Shown: piece by piece, positions 28,980-39,000 of the stretch
Layout of the letters: each line of letters begins with the position of its first letter
Numbering within the stretch: the stretch's first letter is position 1
Assembly: GCA_025353085.1 (NCBI GenBank)
Contig: JANXRI010000099.1
Span: 1-45,801 of the forward strand
Origin: Betaproteobacteria bacterium
GTDB lineage: Bacteria; Pseudomonadota; Gammaproteobacteria; Burkholderiales; SG8-41
Length of the DNA: 45,801 bases
Reading direction: 5' to 3'
Position numbers and translations under genes: made by a program
The notes under the pieces: model-generated
The model's input: the letters and a program-made list of their open reading frames with translations, nothing else
What the model was told of the DNA's origin: nothing
The model's database searches: none

Positions 28980-29008
28980 TTGACAAATGATAATCATTAT
29001 CATTTAAT
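28980..29008 (+). promoter_or_regulatory. Candidate sigma70 promoter of the Fe(III) transporter gene
   Basis: TTGACA (28980-28985), 17-nt spacer, TTTAAT (29003-29008). Confidence 0.5.
28986..29004. promoter_or_regulatory. Fur box
   Basis: AATGATAATCATTATCATT is a perfect 19-bp palindrome around the central C. ACAAATGATAATCATTATC matches the consensus GATAATGATAATCATTATC at 16/19 positions. It fills the promoter spacer. Confidence 0.8.
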
Positions 29009-29068
29009 GCCAGCTCGCGCATTTCCAAATCTGATAAATCTCTGAATAACTATACACTAAACAACAAG

Positions 29069-30157
29069 GTGTTACAAATGATAGTTAATCTATTAAACGA
29101 AGCCCAGATCGTCCGGCGGCACTTGCTGGCTTCGTACTTCGCTCTATTTTTAGTGGCCATGGCGTTGGTCCTGGCCAGGCCCGAGTCGGCATCTGCCCAA
29201 GACAACGTCCTCAATCTTTACTCGGCCCGCCACTACCAGACTGACGAGGCGCTTTACAGCAATTTCTCAAAAGCGACCGGAATCAAGATCAATCTGATCG
29301 AAGGCGGCGAAGACGCGTTGATGGAACGAATTCGCAATGAAGGCGTCAACAGCCCGGCCGACGTGTTCATCACGGTCGATGTCGGTCGCTTATGGCGCGC
29401 CGAACAGATGGGCCTGTTTGCACCCGTCAAATCGAAGACACTCGAGTCGCGTATCCCGGCCAACTATCGCGATCCGGACGGCAACTGGTTTGGCTTCTCA
29501 CGGCGGGCCCGCATCATCGTTTATAACAAGGCGACACTCAAAGCCGGTGATATCGCAAATTATGAAGACCTCGCCGATCCCAAATACAAGGGCCGCGTTT
29601 GCACGCGCTCGGGGAGTCATGTTTACAACTTGTCTTTAATGGGATCGATCATCGGCGCGCTCGGCGAAGAGAAGGCCGAAGCGTGGGCGAAAGGTGTTGC
29701 GACCAATCTCGCGCGCCCGCCGAAGGGTGGCGACACGGATCAACTGAAGGCGGTCGCGGCAGGTGAATGCGACATTGCGGTCAGCAACACTTATTACTTC
29801 GCACGGCTACTGCGCTCCGATAAGGCGGACGAACGCGAACTTGCCGACAAACTCGGCGTGGTATTCCCGAATCAAACCGGCCGCGGGACGCATGTCAACA
29901 TTTCAGGCGGCGGCATGCTCAAGCACGCGCCGCACAAGGAAGCCGCGGTCAGGTTTCTCGAGTATTTGACGAGTAACGAAGCGCAGGTTTACTTTGCCGA
30001 CGGCAATAACGAATGGCCCGTGGTGCCGAATATCGCCACCAGCAATCCGGCTTTAAAAGCGATGGGCAACTTCAAAGCCGAAACGCTCAACATTGCAACC
30101 ATCGGTAAAAATCAGCCGGTCGCGCAGAAAATATTCGATCGCGTCGGCTACAGGTAA
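29069..30157 (+). CDS. fbpA: Fe(3+) ABC transporter periplasmic substrate-binding protein (FbpA/AfuA type)
   Basis: Signal peptide, then NVLNLYSARHYQTDEALY..., typical of ferric-binding proteins. Fur box upstream. Start is the GTG at 29069 or the ATG at 29078. Confidence 0.8.
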   Translation: MLQMIVNLLNEAQIVRRHLLASYFALFLVAMALVLARPESASAQDNVLNLYSARHYQTDEALYSNFSKATGIKINLIEGGEDALMERIRNEGVNSPADVFITVDVGRLWRAEQMGLFAPVKSKTLESRIPANYRDPDGNWFGFSRRARIIVYNKATLKAGDIANYEDLADPKYKGRVCTRSGSHVYNLSLMGSIIGALGEEKAEAWAKGVATNLARPPKGGDTDQLKAVAAGECDIAVSNTYYFARLLRSDKADERELADKLGVVFPNQTGRGTHVNISGGGMLKHAPHKEAAVRFLEYLTSNEAQVYFADGNNEWPVVPNIATSNPALKAMGNFKAETLNIATIGKNQPVAQKIFDRVGYR

Positions 30158-30211
30158 ACCAGCGGCACTTATTTTGAGCGTTTCATAATTGATGATAGGT
30201 TGAACGCTCAT

Positions 30212-30246
30212 CCCTCACCCCGGGCCTCCCAAAGGGCGAGGGTGAG
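30212..30246. repeat. GC-rich REP-like palindromic unit
   Basis: CCCTCACCC-CGGGCCTCCCAAAGGGC-GAGGGTGAG. CTCACCC (30214-30220) pairs with GGGTGAG (30240-30246). Its composition and the CCTCCC..AAGGG core resemble the units at 45650-45766. Confidence 0.35.
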
Positions 30247-30251
30247 AATGG

Positions 30252-30277
30252 CACTAATTCGCTGTCGCGAATTAGTG
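30252..30277. terminator. Perfect 11-bp hairpin between the convergent fbpA and fbpB genes
   Basis: CACTAATTCGC-TGTC-GCGAATTAGTG. There is no U-tract on either strand, so a terminator function is only presumed. Confidence 0.35.
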
Positions 30278-30282
30278 AAAGA

Positions 30283-32001
30283 TCAATAACCAGCCGGAGC
30301 TTTTTTACGCCGTTCCACCGGCTTGCGGCCGACGCCGGTGCGGGCGATTCGCCGTGACAGCACAATGAGCGGCAACAGGCTTACCGCCACAATCGCCAGC
30401 GCCGAAGTAGACGCTTCGGCGAGCCGCTCATCAGCCGCGAGGTTGTAGGCCTGCACGGCGAGCGTGTCGAAATTGAACGGCCGCATGACAAATGTCGCGG
30501 GCAGTTCCTTCATCACGTCCACAAACACGAGCAACGCGGCGGTCAACAAGCTGCCGCGCATCAGCGGCCCGTGCACTTTAACGAGCGTGCCGAGAGGACC
30601 AACACCAAGTGACCGCGCCGCTTCATCCATGCTCGGCGTGATTTTGGTCAGTCCCGCTTCCACGGTCTGCAGCGCGACAGTGAGAAAGCGCACCAGGTAT
30701 GCATAGACCAGCGCGGCAATACTTCCCGTCAGCAGCAGCCCGGTGCTGATATCGAAGTTTGCGCGCATCCACGCGTCGATTGCATTGTCGAGACGCGCCA
30801 CGGGTACCAATATTCCGATCGCGATGACTGCGCCCGGAATCGCATAGCCAAGGCCCGCGATACGGTTGGCTGCCTGCACCGCAGGTCCCGGCCGCAGGCG
30901 CATCGCGTACGCCATGACCAGCGCGAGCACTACGGCAGCGACCGCAGTGACGCCGGCAAGCGTAAAACTATTGAGCGTCAACGTGACGAAGCGGGCGCCG
31001 AAATGCGCGTCGCCGTCGGTAAGCGCCATCCGCAACAGCAAAAGGGTCGGCAACAGGAAGCCGAGCAGCAACGGTATGCAACAAATGGTCGTCGCGCTCC
31101 ACGCGGCGATTCCGTGCAGTTGAAAACGCGCATTGCGCCGGCGGCCGGCGCCGTCGTAATACCGTGCGCGGCCGCGGCTCCAGCGTTCAAGCACGAGTAT
31201 CAGCACGACGAAACCGAGCAACAGTGCGCAGAGCTGCGCCGCGGCGACCCGATCGCCCATCGAAAGCCAGGCGCGGTATATCCCGGTCGTGAATGTCGGC
31301 ACCGCGAAATAGGACACCGTGCCGAAATCCGCGAGCGTCTCCATCAGCGCAAGCGTCGTGCCGGCGACGATCGCAGGCCGTGCCAGCGGCAATGCAATGC
31401 GAAAAAAACTTCCCCATGCGCCGTAGCCGAGCGTGCGCCCGACTTCGATGATGCCGATCGATTGCTCCAGAAACGCCGCGCGCACCACCAGATATACATA
31501 GGGATAAAGCACCAGTCCCAACATGACAATGGCGCCGCCGACGGAACGGATTTCCGGAAACCAGTAATCGCGTGCATGCCATCCCGCCACTACCCGCAAC
31601 CAGGTCTGAATCGGACCGGTGAATTGCAAGAGATCTGTATACGCGTAGGCCATGATGTAAGCGGGCATCGCCAGCGGCAGTATCAGTGTCCACTCAAACA
31701 TGCGCTGACCCGGGAAGCGGCATGTCGTCACAAGCCATGCCGTGGAAACGCCGCCGAACACGACCATGACGCTGACACCGGCCAGCAACCACAAGGTGTT
31801 CGCGATGTATTCCGGCAGTACCGTTGCAGCAAGATGCGACCACGCGCCCTGCCCCGGCAAAAAAATATTCGCGAGCACGACCACTACGGGTACCGCCAGC
31901 AGCGTCGCAATCAGCGTCGCGAGTATCGGTAATGCTCCGGCATGGCGTGAGCCGGGGCCGCCAGGCGCCGAACGTCGCCCCATCGCGATTGCTTCGTTCA
32001 T
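30283..32001 (-). CDS. fbpB: Fe(3+) ABC transporter permease (FbpB type, duplicated permease domains)
   Basis: 572 aa polytopic protein with two tandem MalFG-type permease halves, the length and architecture typical of FbpB/AfuB. Confidence 0.8.
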   Translation of the reverse strand: MNEAIAMGRRSAPGGPGSRHAGALPILATLIATLLAVPVVVVLANIFLPGQGAWSHLAATVLPEYIANTLWLLAGVSVMVVFGGVSTAWLVTTCRFPGQRMFEWTLILPLAMPAYIMAYAYTDLLQFTGPIQTWLRVVAGWHARDYWFPEIRSVGGAIVMLGLVLYPYVYLVVRAAFLEQSIGIIEVGRTLGYGAWGSFFRIALPLARPAIVAGTTLALMETLADFGTVSYFAVPTFTTGIYRAWLSMGDRVAAAQLCALLLGFVVLILVLERWSRGRARYYDGAGRRRNARFQLHGIAAWSATTICCIPLLLGFLLPTLLLLRMALTDGDAHFGARFVTLTLNSFTLAGVTAVAAVVLALVMAYAMRLRPGPAVQAANRIAGLGYAIPGAVIAIGILVPVARLDNAIDAWMRANFDISTGLLLTGSIAALVYAYLVRFLTVALQTVEAGLTKITPSMDEAARSLGVGPLGTLVKVHGPLMRGSLLTAALLVFVDVMKELPATFVMRPFNFDTLAVQAYNLAADERLAEASTSALAIVAVSLLPLIVLSRRIARTGVGRKPVERRKKAPAGY

Positions 32002-32112
32002 GCCGGATTTTTCATTTTGTTTTTGTCAATCTCGTCATGACGCTGCGCAGTGTAGCAAAGCCGTTCACGAGCGGCAAAGCGCGCCGAACGTGAGCCGCTA
32101 TAATGCCCGCAC

Positions 32113-33189
32113 ATGAATCCCGACAGTTCATCCCATGCGAGTGCTGGTCACAATGTAATTGCGCTCGATAACGTAACCCAGTTTTATGGGACCAACCGGG
32201 TGCTGGCCGGCATCTCATTCGCTTTAAAGCGCGGTGAAATCGGTTGCCTGCTCGGTGCCAGCGGTTGCGGCAAAACCACTGTGTTGCGATGTATTGCAGG
32301 TTTCGAAGCAGTCGCCGGCGGCGAAATCCGCTTGAACGACAAGTTGGTCAGTGCGCCCGCCTTCAGCGCGCCGACGGAGCAGCGACGCGTGGGCATGGTC
32401 TTTCAGGATTACGCGTTGTTTCCACATCTCGATGTCGCCGCCAATATCGCATTCGGCTTGCATGCCAGGGAGCGGGCCAAGCGTGAGCGCCGCGTCGCTG
32501 AACTGCTCGAGACCGTCGGCCTCGCCAATGCAGGGTCGAGGTTTCCGCATGAATTATCCGGCGGCCAGCAACAACGCGTCGCACTCGCGCGCGCACTGGC
32601 GCCGGAACCTGAACTGTTATTGCTAGACGAGCCTTTTTCGAATCTGGACGTTGAATTGCGCGAGCGATTGAGCCTTGAAGTTCGCGACATTCTGAAACAT
32701 CAGAACGCCACCGCGATTCTCGTCACACACGACCAGCATGAAGCTTTCAATATCGCCGATGTGGTCGGCATCCTCGCCAATGGCAAGCTCGAACAGTGGG
32801 ACACTCCGTACAATCTTTATCATGAGCCCGCCACGCGCTTCGTCGCCGATTTCATCGGTCAGGGGACGCTGCTTCCGGGCACGGTAGTCGGCGAACAGCG
32901 CGTAGAACTCGAGCTTGGGATATTTCAGGCGACCATTCCGGCCGACTGGCCACGCGGCGCGCCGGTCGATGTGTTGCTGCGGCCCGACGACATTCTGCAC
33001 GACGACGCGGCCGGTTTGCGCGCGGAGGTTTTGCATAAGGCGTTCCGCGGCGCCGAATTCCTCTATACGCTGCGGCTACCCACTGGCGGCCTTGTGATGT
33101 CGCTGGTGCCGAGTCATCACAACCATGCGATCGGTGAAAAAATCGGCATCCGCCTGGAGATCGATCACCTGGTCGCATTCCTCCGCTGA
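32113..33189 (+). CDS. fbpC: Fe(3+) ABC transporter ATP-binding protein (FbpC type)
   Basis: Walker A GASGCGKTT, signature LSGGQQQRVALARAL, Walker B LLLDEPFSNLD, C-terminal TOBE-like regulatory domain. Confidence 0.85.
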   Translation: MNPDSSSHASAGHNVIALDNVTQFYGTNRVLAGISFALKRGEIGCLLGASGCGKTTVLRCIAGFEAVAGGEIRLNDKLVSAPAFSAPTEQRRVGMVFQDYALFPHLDVAANIAFGLHARERAKRERRVAELLETVGLANAGSRFPHELSGGQQQRVALARALAPEPELLLLDEPFSNLDVELRERLSLEVRDILKHQNATAILVTHDQHEAFNIADVVGILANGKLEQWDTPYNLYHEPATRFVADFIGQGTLLPGTVVGEQRVELELGIFQATIPADWPRGAPVDVLLRPDDILHDDAAGLRAEVLHKAFRGAEFLYTLRLPTGGLVMSLVPSHHNHAIGEKIGIRLEIDHLVAFLR

Positions 33190-33219
33190 TACTTCATCCG
33201 CCGATACTTTAAATCACTG

Positions 33220-34254
33220 TCAGAAACGCTCGGCGGCGCGCAAGCCGCGCAATTCCTGCGCGAGCTCGTACACGGCCAACGCATAGTTGACGCTGCGGTT
33301 ATAGCGCGTGATGACGTAAAAATTGTTGAACCCCATCCAGTAGCGCGTGCCCGCCTCCGTTTCCGCCGAGAACACGGCGGCCTTCATATCGTCCGCAACA
33401 AGATAGCTGGGTGAAGCGCCCGTGCGCTTGATAGCGCCCACCGTCGTATGCGGAAGGATGCCGCGCTCGACCAACGCTCTGAATTCATCGCTGACCGGCT
33501 CGGCTGATTGCTCGATCGCCGCCAATACCGGCTCGCCCGCCTGCCAGCCGTAGCTCTTGTAGTAATTTGCGATGCTGCCGATCGCATCGCCATGGTTCCA
33601 TAAATCGCGTTTGCCGTCGCCGTCGAGATCCACCGCGTAACGGCGATAACTGCTCGGCAGAAACTGCGGGACGCCGAGCGCCCCGGCATAGGAACCTTTG
33701 ATTTGCAGAGGGTCGGTGTCCAGTTCCCGCGCGAGCAGCAGGAACTCGCCCAGTTCGCTGCGAAACCGCTCGGCGCGCGGCGGATAATTAAACGCGAGCG
33801 TGAAGAGCGCATTGAAGACATTGACTTTGCCGACGAGCCGGCCGTAAAACGACTCGATGCCGACTGTCGCAACCAGAAATTCCTCAGGTACGCCGGTCTC
33901 CGCGCTCGCCTGTGCAAGCAGCGCCGCATAGCGCCGCCAATACGCAATGCCACCGTCGATGCGCGCCGGGTTGACATGACTCGTGCGAAATACATGCCAT
34001 GGCAACGCGGTCGTCGGGCTGGCCATCGCCTTCAATATGCCGTGCTGGACGCGCGCCTGCGCAAACCAAATTTGCAATTGACGGCGGTCGAATTGGTGTT
34101 CGGACGAAAACTGGTCGATGAAAGCCGTTACTTCGGGATCGAGCGTGCCGGCCTGAACTTGACCGAAGGGCGGAATCAACGACACGCCAAGCGCGCACAC
34201 GATCACCGTGCATTGCAAAAACAATTTTAGATTATCAAACCACGTCGCTTGCAT
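33220..34254 (-). CDS. mltB: Lytic murein transglycosylase B family
   Basis: ATVGIESFYGR and GALGVPQFLPSSY motifs, N-terminal signal sequence. Confidence 0.85.
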   Translation of the reverse strand: MQATWFDNLKLFLQCTVIVCALGVSLIPPFGQVQAGTLDPEVTAFIDQFSSEHQFDRRQLQIWFAQARVQHGILKAMASPTTALPWHVFRTSHVNPARIDGGIAYWRRYAALLAQASAETGVPEEFLVATVGIESFYGRLVGKVNVFNALFTLAFNYPPRAERFRSELGEFLLLARELDTDPLQIKGSYAGALGVPQFLPSSYRRYAVDLDGDGKRDLWNHGDAIGSIANYYKSYGWQAGEPVLAAIEQSAEPVSDEFRALVERGILPHTTVGAIKRTGASPSYLVADDMKAAVFSAETEAGTRYWMGFNNFYVITRYNRSVNYALAVYELAQELRGLRAAERF

Positions 34255-34356
34255 GCGTCGATTGTAAACGCACTGACGCTCGAATTGTCACGCGACGGCG
34301 GTATAAATCCAGGGCCACTGCACCGTGAACATTTTGCCCACTACCAAAGAATCGAG

Positions 34357-35394
34357 CTATAGCGCTTTGAGCGAGTCGATGACTTTGCGATCGAACACGA
34401 GCCCCTCGCTACGCCGCCGCTCGCGTTCGCGAAACGCGCGCTCGGAAGGAATGCGGATTTCATCGACCCCGGGACGGCGCGGCGTGGCCTTGATCGATTC
34501 GACGAGGTCGGCCATCTGCTGCGGAAATTCACCGCCCGGGAGCATTAGGTGGGGATCGATGACGAAAAGTAGAAAGCCGTAATCCTGCACCTTGCCATCG
34601 GCGAGCGCCGCGCCCGCAAGCAGACCGAGCGCCTGTACGGCGAACGACAGCCCGGCGCCTTTATGTCCGCCGAACGGCACCCAGCCGCCTTTGAGCGCGG
34701 CAGTGGCGTCGCGCGTCGGGTTGCCTTCGGCGTCGAAAGCAATACCTTCCGGCAATTCCTGACCGATGTGCGCGAACAGCTGAATTTCGCCCACCATGAT
34801 CGACGCTGTGCCCATGTCGTAAATGACCGGGCCATTTACCGAGGGAAAGCCAAAGCACAGCGGATTGGTGCCGAACGCGGGCTTGGTGCCGCCGATCGGC
34901 AACACGCGCGGTTTGGCGCTCGCCGCATGGATGCCGACGAGCCCCTCCTTCGCGATCATCTCCACGAAGTAAGCGTTGCGTCCGCTGTAATAACTGTTGT
35001 ACACGCCCACTGAGGCGATGCCGCTCGTCCTGGCTTTTTTGATCGCGAGTCGGGTCGCATGATAGACGGACACGTAGCCGACGTTGTTGCCGCCATCGAT
35101 CAACGCCGACAGCGGCGTCTCGTGCACGATTTTGATGGGCCGCCTTTCCTTGCGCGTTTTTTCATCGCCGGCGATCGCCAATATGCGCGGCAGGCTCGCG
35201 AACCGGTAGCCGCACAACGCGTTGTCGATCAACTGGTCGGTAATGATCTGCGCGTCTTCCACCGAGTAGCCGATGCGGGAAAGCGCACCTTTGGCGAGTT
35301 CGGACGCGGCGGCAGGCGACATACGCACGGTGTCCGGCGTATCGGCGTCGAGCAATGCGCCCGGCACCGGTTTGAAACTGGCAACTTCAGTCAT
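34357..35394 (-). CDS. Ldh_2 family (type 2 malate/L-lactate dehydrogenase-like) oxidoreductase
   Basis: About 345 aa. The overall pattern (GYRFASLPR..., FGTNP, GHKGAGLS) fits the Ldh_2 family, which includes ureidoglycolate and sulfolactate dehydrogenases and cyclic imine-carboxylate reductases. The ATG at 35394 has a GGAAG SD 7 nt upstream. Confidence 0.75.
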   Translation of the reverse strand: MTEVASFKPVPGALLDADTPDTVRMSPAAASELAKGALSRIGYSVEDAQIITDQLIDNALCGYRFASLPRILAIAGDEKTRKERRPIKIVHETPLSALIDGGNNVGYVSVYHATRLAIKKARTSGIASVGVYNSYYSGRNAYFVEMIAKEGLVGIHAASAKPRVLPIGGTKPAFGTNPLCFGFPSVNGPVIYDMGTASIMVGEIQLFAHIGQELPEGIAFDAEGNPTRDATAALKGGWVPFGGHKGAGLSFAVQALGLLAGAALADGKVQDYGFLLFVIDPHLMLPGGEFPQQMADLVESIKATPRRPGVDEIRIPSERAFRERERRRSEGLVFDRKVIDSLKAL

Positions 35395-35531
35395 GCGCGA
35401 CTTCCAATGTTCATTGCGGGACGCGTGATTATAAACGCCGCGCATGGCGAGCTGCGATTCCGGCGCGTCGAATCGCTTATAATTCTTGATCCGCCAGCCG
35501 CACCAGCCGCATTAAAAAGAGAAATTCCAAC

Positions 35532-36008
35532 GTGCAGATTAACTTTACGCTCAACGGAGATCCGGTTGAAATACGACTGAAAAATGGCGACCGTCTGCTC
35601 GTGGACGTGTTGCGCGAAGACCTGCAACTCACCGGCACCAAACATGGCTGCGGCATCGGCGCCTGCGGCACGTGCACCGTGATCGTCGACAGTTTGCCCG
35701 TCGCTTCATGTCTCCAGCTCGCAGCGCTCGTCGACGGCTGCGACGTGCGCACGATCGAAGGCCTCGCCGGCAGCGCGTCGCTGCACGTCGTGCAGCAAGC
35801 GTTTATCAATCAGGCGGCGATGCAATGCGGGATCTGCACGCCTGGCCATGTGATGGCCGCGTGCGCGCTGCTCGAAAAAACGCCGGCGCCGACCGACGCG
35901 CAAATTCGCACCAGCGTCGAAAGCGTGTATTGCCGATGCACGGGCTATGTGCGCATCGAGGCGGCGTATCGCGAAGCCGTCGCGCTCGCCAACCCGGCGC
36001 GCCCATGA
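35532..36008 (+). CDS. (2Fe-2S)-binding small subunit of a xanthine-dehydrogenase-family molybdenum hydroxylase (CoxS-like)
   Basis: 158 aa. Plant-type cluster motif GCGIGACGTC, plus the second cluster motifs CGICTPG and CRCTGY. GTG start. Confidence 0.9.
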   Translation: MQINFTLNGDPVEIRLKNGDRLLVDVLREDLQLTGTKHGCGIGACGTCTVIVDSLPVASCLQLAALVDGCDVRTIEGLAGSASLHVVQQAFINQAAMQCGICTPGHVMAACALLEKTPAPTDAQIRTSVESVYCRCTGYVRIEAAYREAVALANPARP

Positions 36009-39000
36009 ATCAGCGCGACCGAAATGTTCGCCCGGCGGAAAGCCTGTTGGTGGTGGGCAAAGATGTGCCGCGCACCGACGCGATACCCAAGGTCACCGGC
36101 GCCGCGCAATACGTGGCCGATCTGCATATGCCCGGCATGCTGCATGCGGCGGTGCTGCGCAGTCCGCACCCGCATGCGCGCATTCTTGATATAGACACGA
36201 CCGCGGCCGCTGCGCTGCCCGGCGTCAAGGCCGTGATTACCGGCGCTGACACGGCGCGCAAAAAATGGGGTTGTTTCCGGCCCGACCTTTACCCGCTCGC
36301 GATCGACAAAGTGCGGTACGTCGGCGACGAAGTTGCCGCAGTGGCCGCGCGCGACCCGGAAACCGCGCGGGCGGCGGTCGACCTGATCAAAGTGGACTAT
36401 GAGATATTGCCGGCAGTGTTGTCGATGGATGCGGCCATCGAAGCCGGCGCGCCGCTCGTGCACGACGATACCGAAGGCAATATCGCTCATCATTTTTCGT
36501 TTGAGCGTGGCGACGTCGATGGCGGCTTCAAAGCCAGCGCTGTCATTGTCGAAGGAACCTGGCAAAGCGCGCGCCAGTGGCACACCTCGCTTGAAACGAT
36601 CGGTTGTGTTGCGCAGTGGACGGCCGACCGCGTTTCGCTGTGGTGCAATACTCAGACGCCCTTCCTGGCACGCGGCCGTTATGCGATCGCGCTTGGACTG
36701 CCGGAGAGCAAGGTGCGCGTCGTGCAAACGGAGGTCGGCGGCGGCTTCGGCGGCAAGTCCGGCGACGACAACGCATCGGTAATCTGCGCGCTGCTCGCGA
36801 AGAAATCCGGTAAGCCGGTCAAACTGATACACACACGCGAAGAAGAGTTTCTCGCGAGTCATCCGCGCATGCCGATGCGCTACCGGGTGCGCCTGGGTTT
36901 CTCGCGCGATGGCCATATCAAGGCCAAGGAAATCAAGATGCTCGCCGACAACGGCGCCTATACCGGCAAGTCGCAGGCGATTCTCGGCGCCGCGACCGTG
37001 CGACACGACGCGCTGTACAAATATCCTTGTGCGCGTGCCGATTCGACGCTGGTCTATACGAACCTCGTACCCACTGGGGCGTTTCGGGGTTTCGGCAATC
37101 CATCCGCCGATTGGGCCGTCGAGCAGTGCTGGGATCTCGCCGCGGAAAAACTCGGCATGGATGTCGTCGACCTGTTGCGCCTCAATGCCGTGGAGCCGGG
37201 TGACGTGTCCCCGCACAATCACAAGATCACAAGCTGCGAATTGAAGCAGTGCATCGATCTATCCGCGCACATGATTGGCTGGAAAAAGAAGCGCGCCTTG
37301 CGCACGCCCAATCGCGGACTCGGCATCGGCTGCAGCGTGCATGTCAACGGCCGGCGCAGTTTCGGCGACTGGGATGGCAGCGCTGCGATCGTGCGCATCA
37401 ACGACGACGGCCGCGCCACCATTATTACCGGCGAAGGCGAAATCGGTCAGGGCACGTTAACGGTGTTGCGCCAGATTGCCGCCGAAGAACTGGGTCTTCC
37501 GTACGAGGACGTGGATATCACGCGCCCCGACACCGACGTCCAACCTTACGCGCTCGGCGCGCTGGCGAGCCGCGTCACTTACGTCGCGGGCAACGCGGTG
37601 CAACGCGCCGCGGCGGCCGCGTTGAAACAACTGCTCGAGGCCGCGTCGGCGCAGTTCAAGCTCCCGCCCGATGAATTGACCGTGATCAACGGCGAAGTCG
37701 GCCCGCGGCGCGGGCGCGAAACCGATTTCAAGCCGGTTGCCGCAGTCGTGCGCGCGCACATCTATCAGCCGAACGGCCAGCCCATTATCGGGGTCGGAAA
37801 TTTCGATAATCCTTCAGAGTTTCCCGACCACAGCCGCTACGGCAATGAATCCGGCGCCTATAATTTTGCGGCGCAGACAGCGGAAGTCGAAGTCGATCGT
37901 GCGACCGGCAGAGTCACGGTGCTCGAAATCGCGTGCGCGGTCGATTGCGGCACCGTCATTCATCCGGCCGCCGCCGAAGGTCAGGTCACCGGAGCAGTCA
38001 CGCAGGGTCTGGGCCTCGCCGTAACCGAATACTTCGACTGGCATAACGGCGTGCCAACCGATCCCAATCTCAAGGATTATCCGCTGCCATCGGCGGCGAT
38101 GATGCCCAGGATACACGTTGCATTCGCCGATTCTTACGAGCCGTCAGGTCCATATGGCGCCAAAGGCCTCGGCGAAATCGGTCTCGATGCGGTACCCGCT
38201 GCGATTGCCAATGCGATTGCCGATGCGGTCGGCGTGCGCATCACCGAACTGCCGATCACCGCCGAAAAAATTTACCGCGCGCTGCATCCGGAACTGTTCG
38301 TTAACGAAGACAAGTCCGCCGCCGCTACGCCGAAAGGTTCGGTGTGGACGCGCCTGATGGCCGGCAAACCATCGGGCGCACGGCCGCCGCAAGCCGAATT
38401 CATATTCGCGAAAAGCGTTGACGAGGTTGTCGCCGCACTCGCCGCGGGGGATGCCGCCATCGTCGCGGGCGGCATGTCGCACGCCGTGCGCCGCGAGCGC
38501 ACCGGGTTCGCGCAGGCGAAGCGACTGATTGCGGTCGCGCGCGTGCCGGAACTCAAAGAATTGTCACTCGACGCACGCGGCGTATTGCGGGCGAACGCCG
38601 CCGTTTCCCTGCAAGCGCTGTATGACGACCTTAGCATTCGCAAAAACTGGCAGGCGCTCGACGAGGCGCTCGCGGCGGTCGGCATCGTGCGCTTGCGCCG
38701 CATGATCACAATCGGTGGCAGCCTGGGTCCGCTCATCGGCGGTTTCGACTTGCCGGTCGCGCTGCTCGCACTTAACTGTCGCGCAACGGTCGCCGGCCCT
38801 GGCGGACGACGCGTTGCGACATTGCCCGAACTCTTCGAAAAGCGCATCACCAAAGTCGAAATGGTCATCGGCATCGAGGTCGATCCGTTGCCGGCGCATA
38901 CCGGTTCCTCGTTCTTCAAATACATGGCGCGCAACGTGCTGGAGATTCCAACCGTCAATACCGCGGCGTCGGTAACCGTCGATGCCGACGGCATATGCCA

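Noticed and set aside
30183-30365. 60-aa minus-strand ORF spanning the REP-like unit and hairpin downstream of fbpA.
   Set aside because: It is composed of translated palindromic repeat sequence (Pro/Ser/Gly-rich) and overlaps the fbpB 3' end. This is a typical REP pseudo-ORF.
35672-36004. The 111-codon N-terminal extension of track ORF 35672..39235 (1187 aa).
   Set aside because: It overlaps the 2Fe-2S subunit gene in another frame and is Arg-rich with no family resemblance. The CoxL-like homology begins right after the ATG at 36005, which overlaps the small-subunit stop.
35945-37222. 425-aa ORF, and likewise 38272..39357 (361 aa), antisense to the Mo-FAD hydroxylase gene.
   Set aside because: These are shadow ORFs opposite a strongly supported gene. 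Their composition is low-complexity and Arg-rich.
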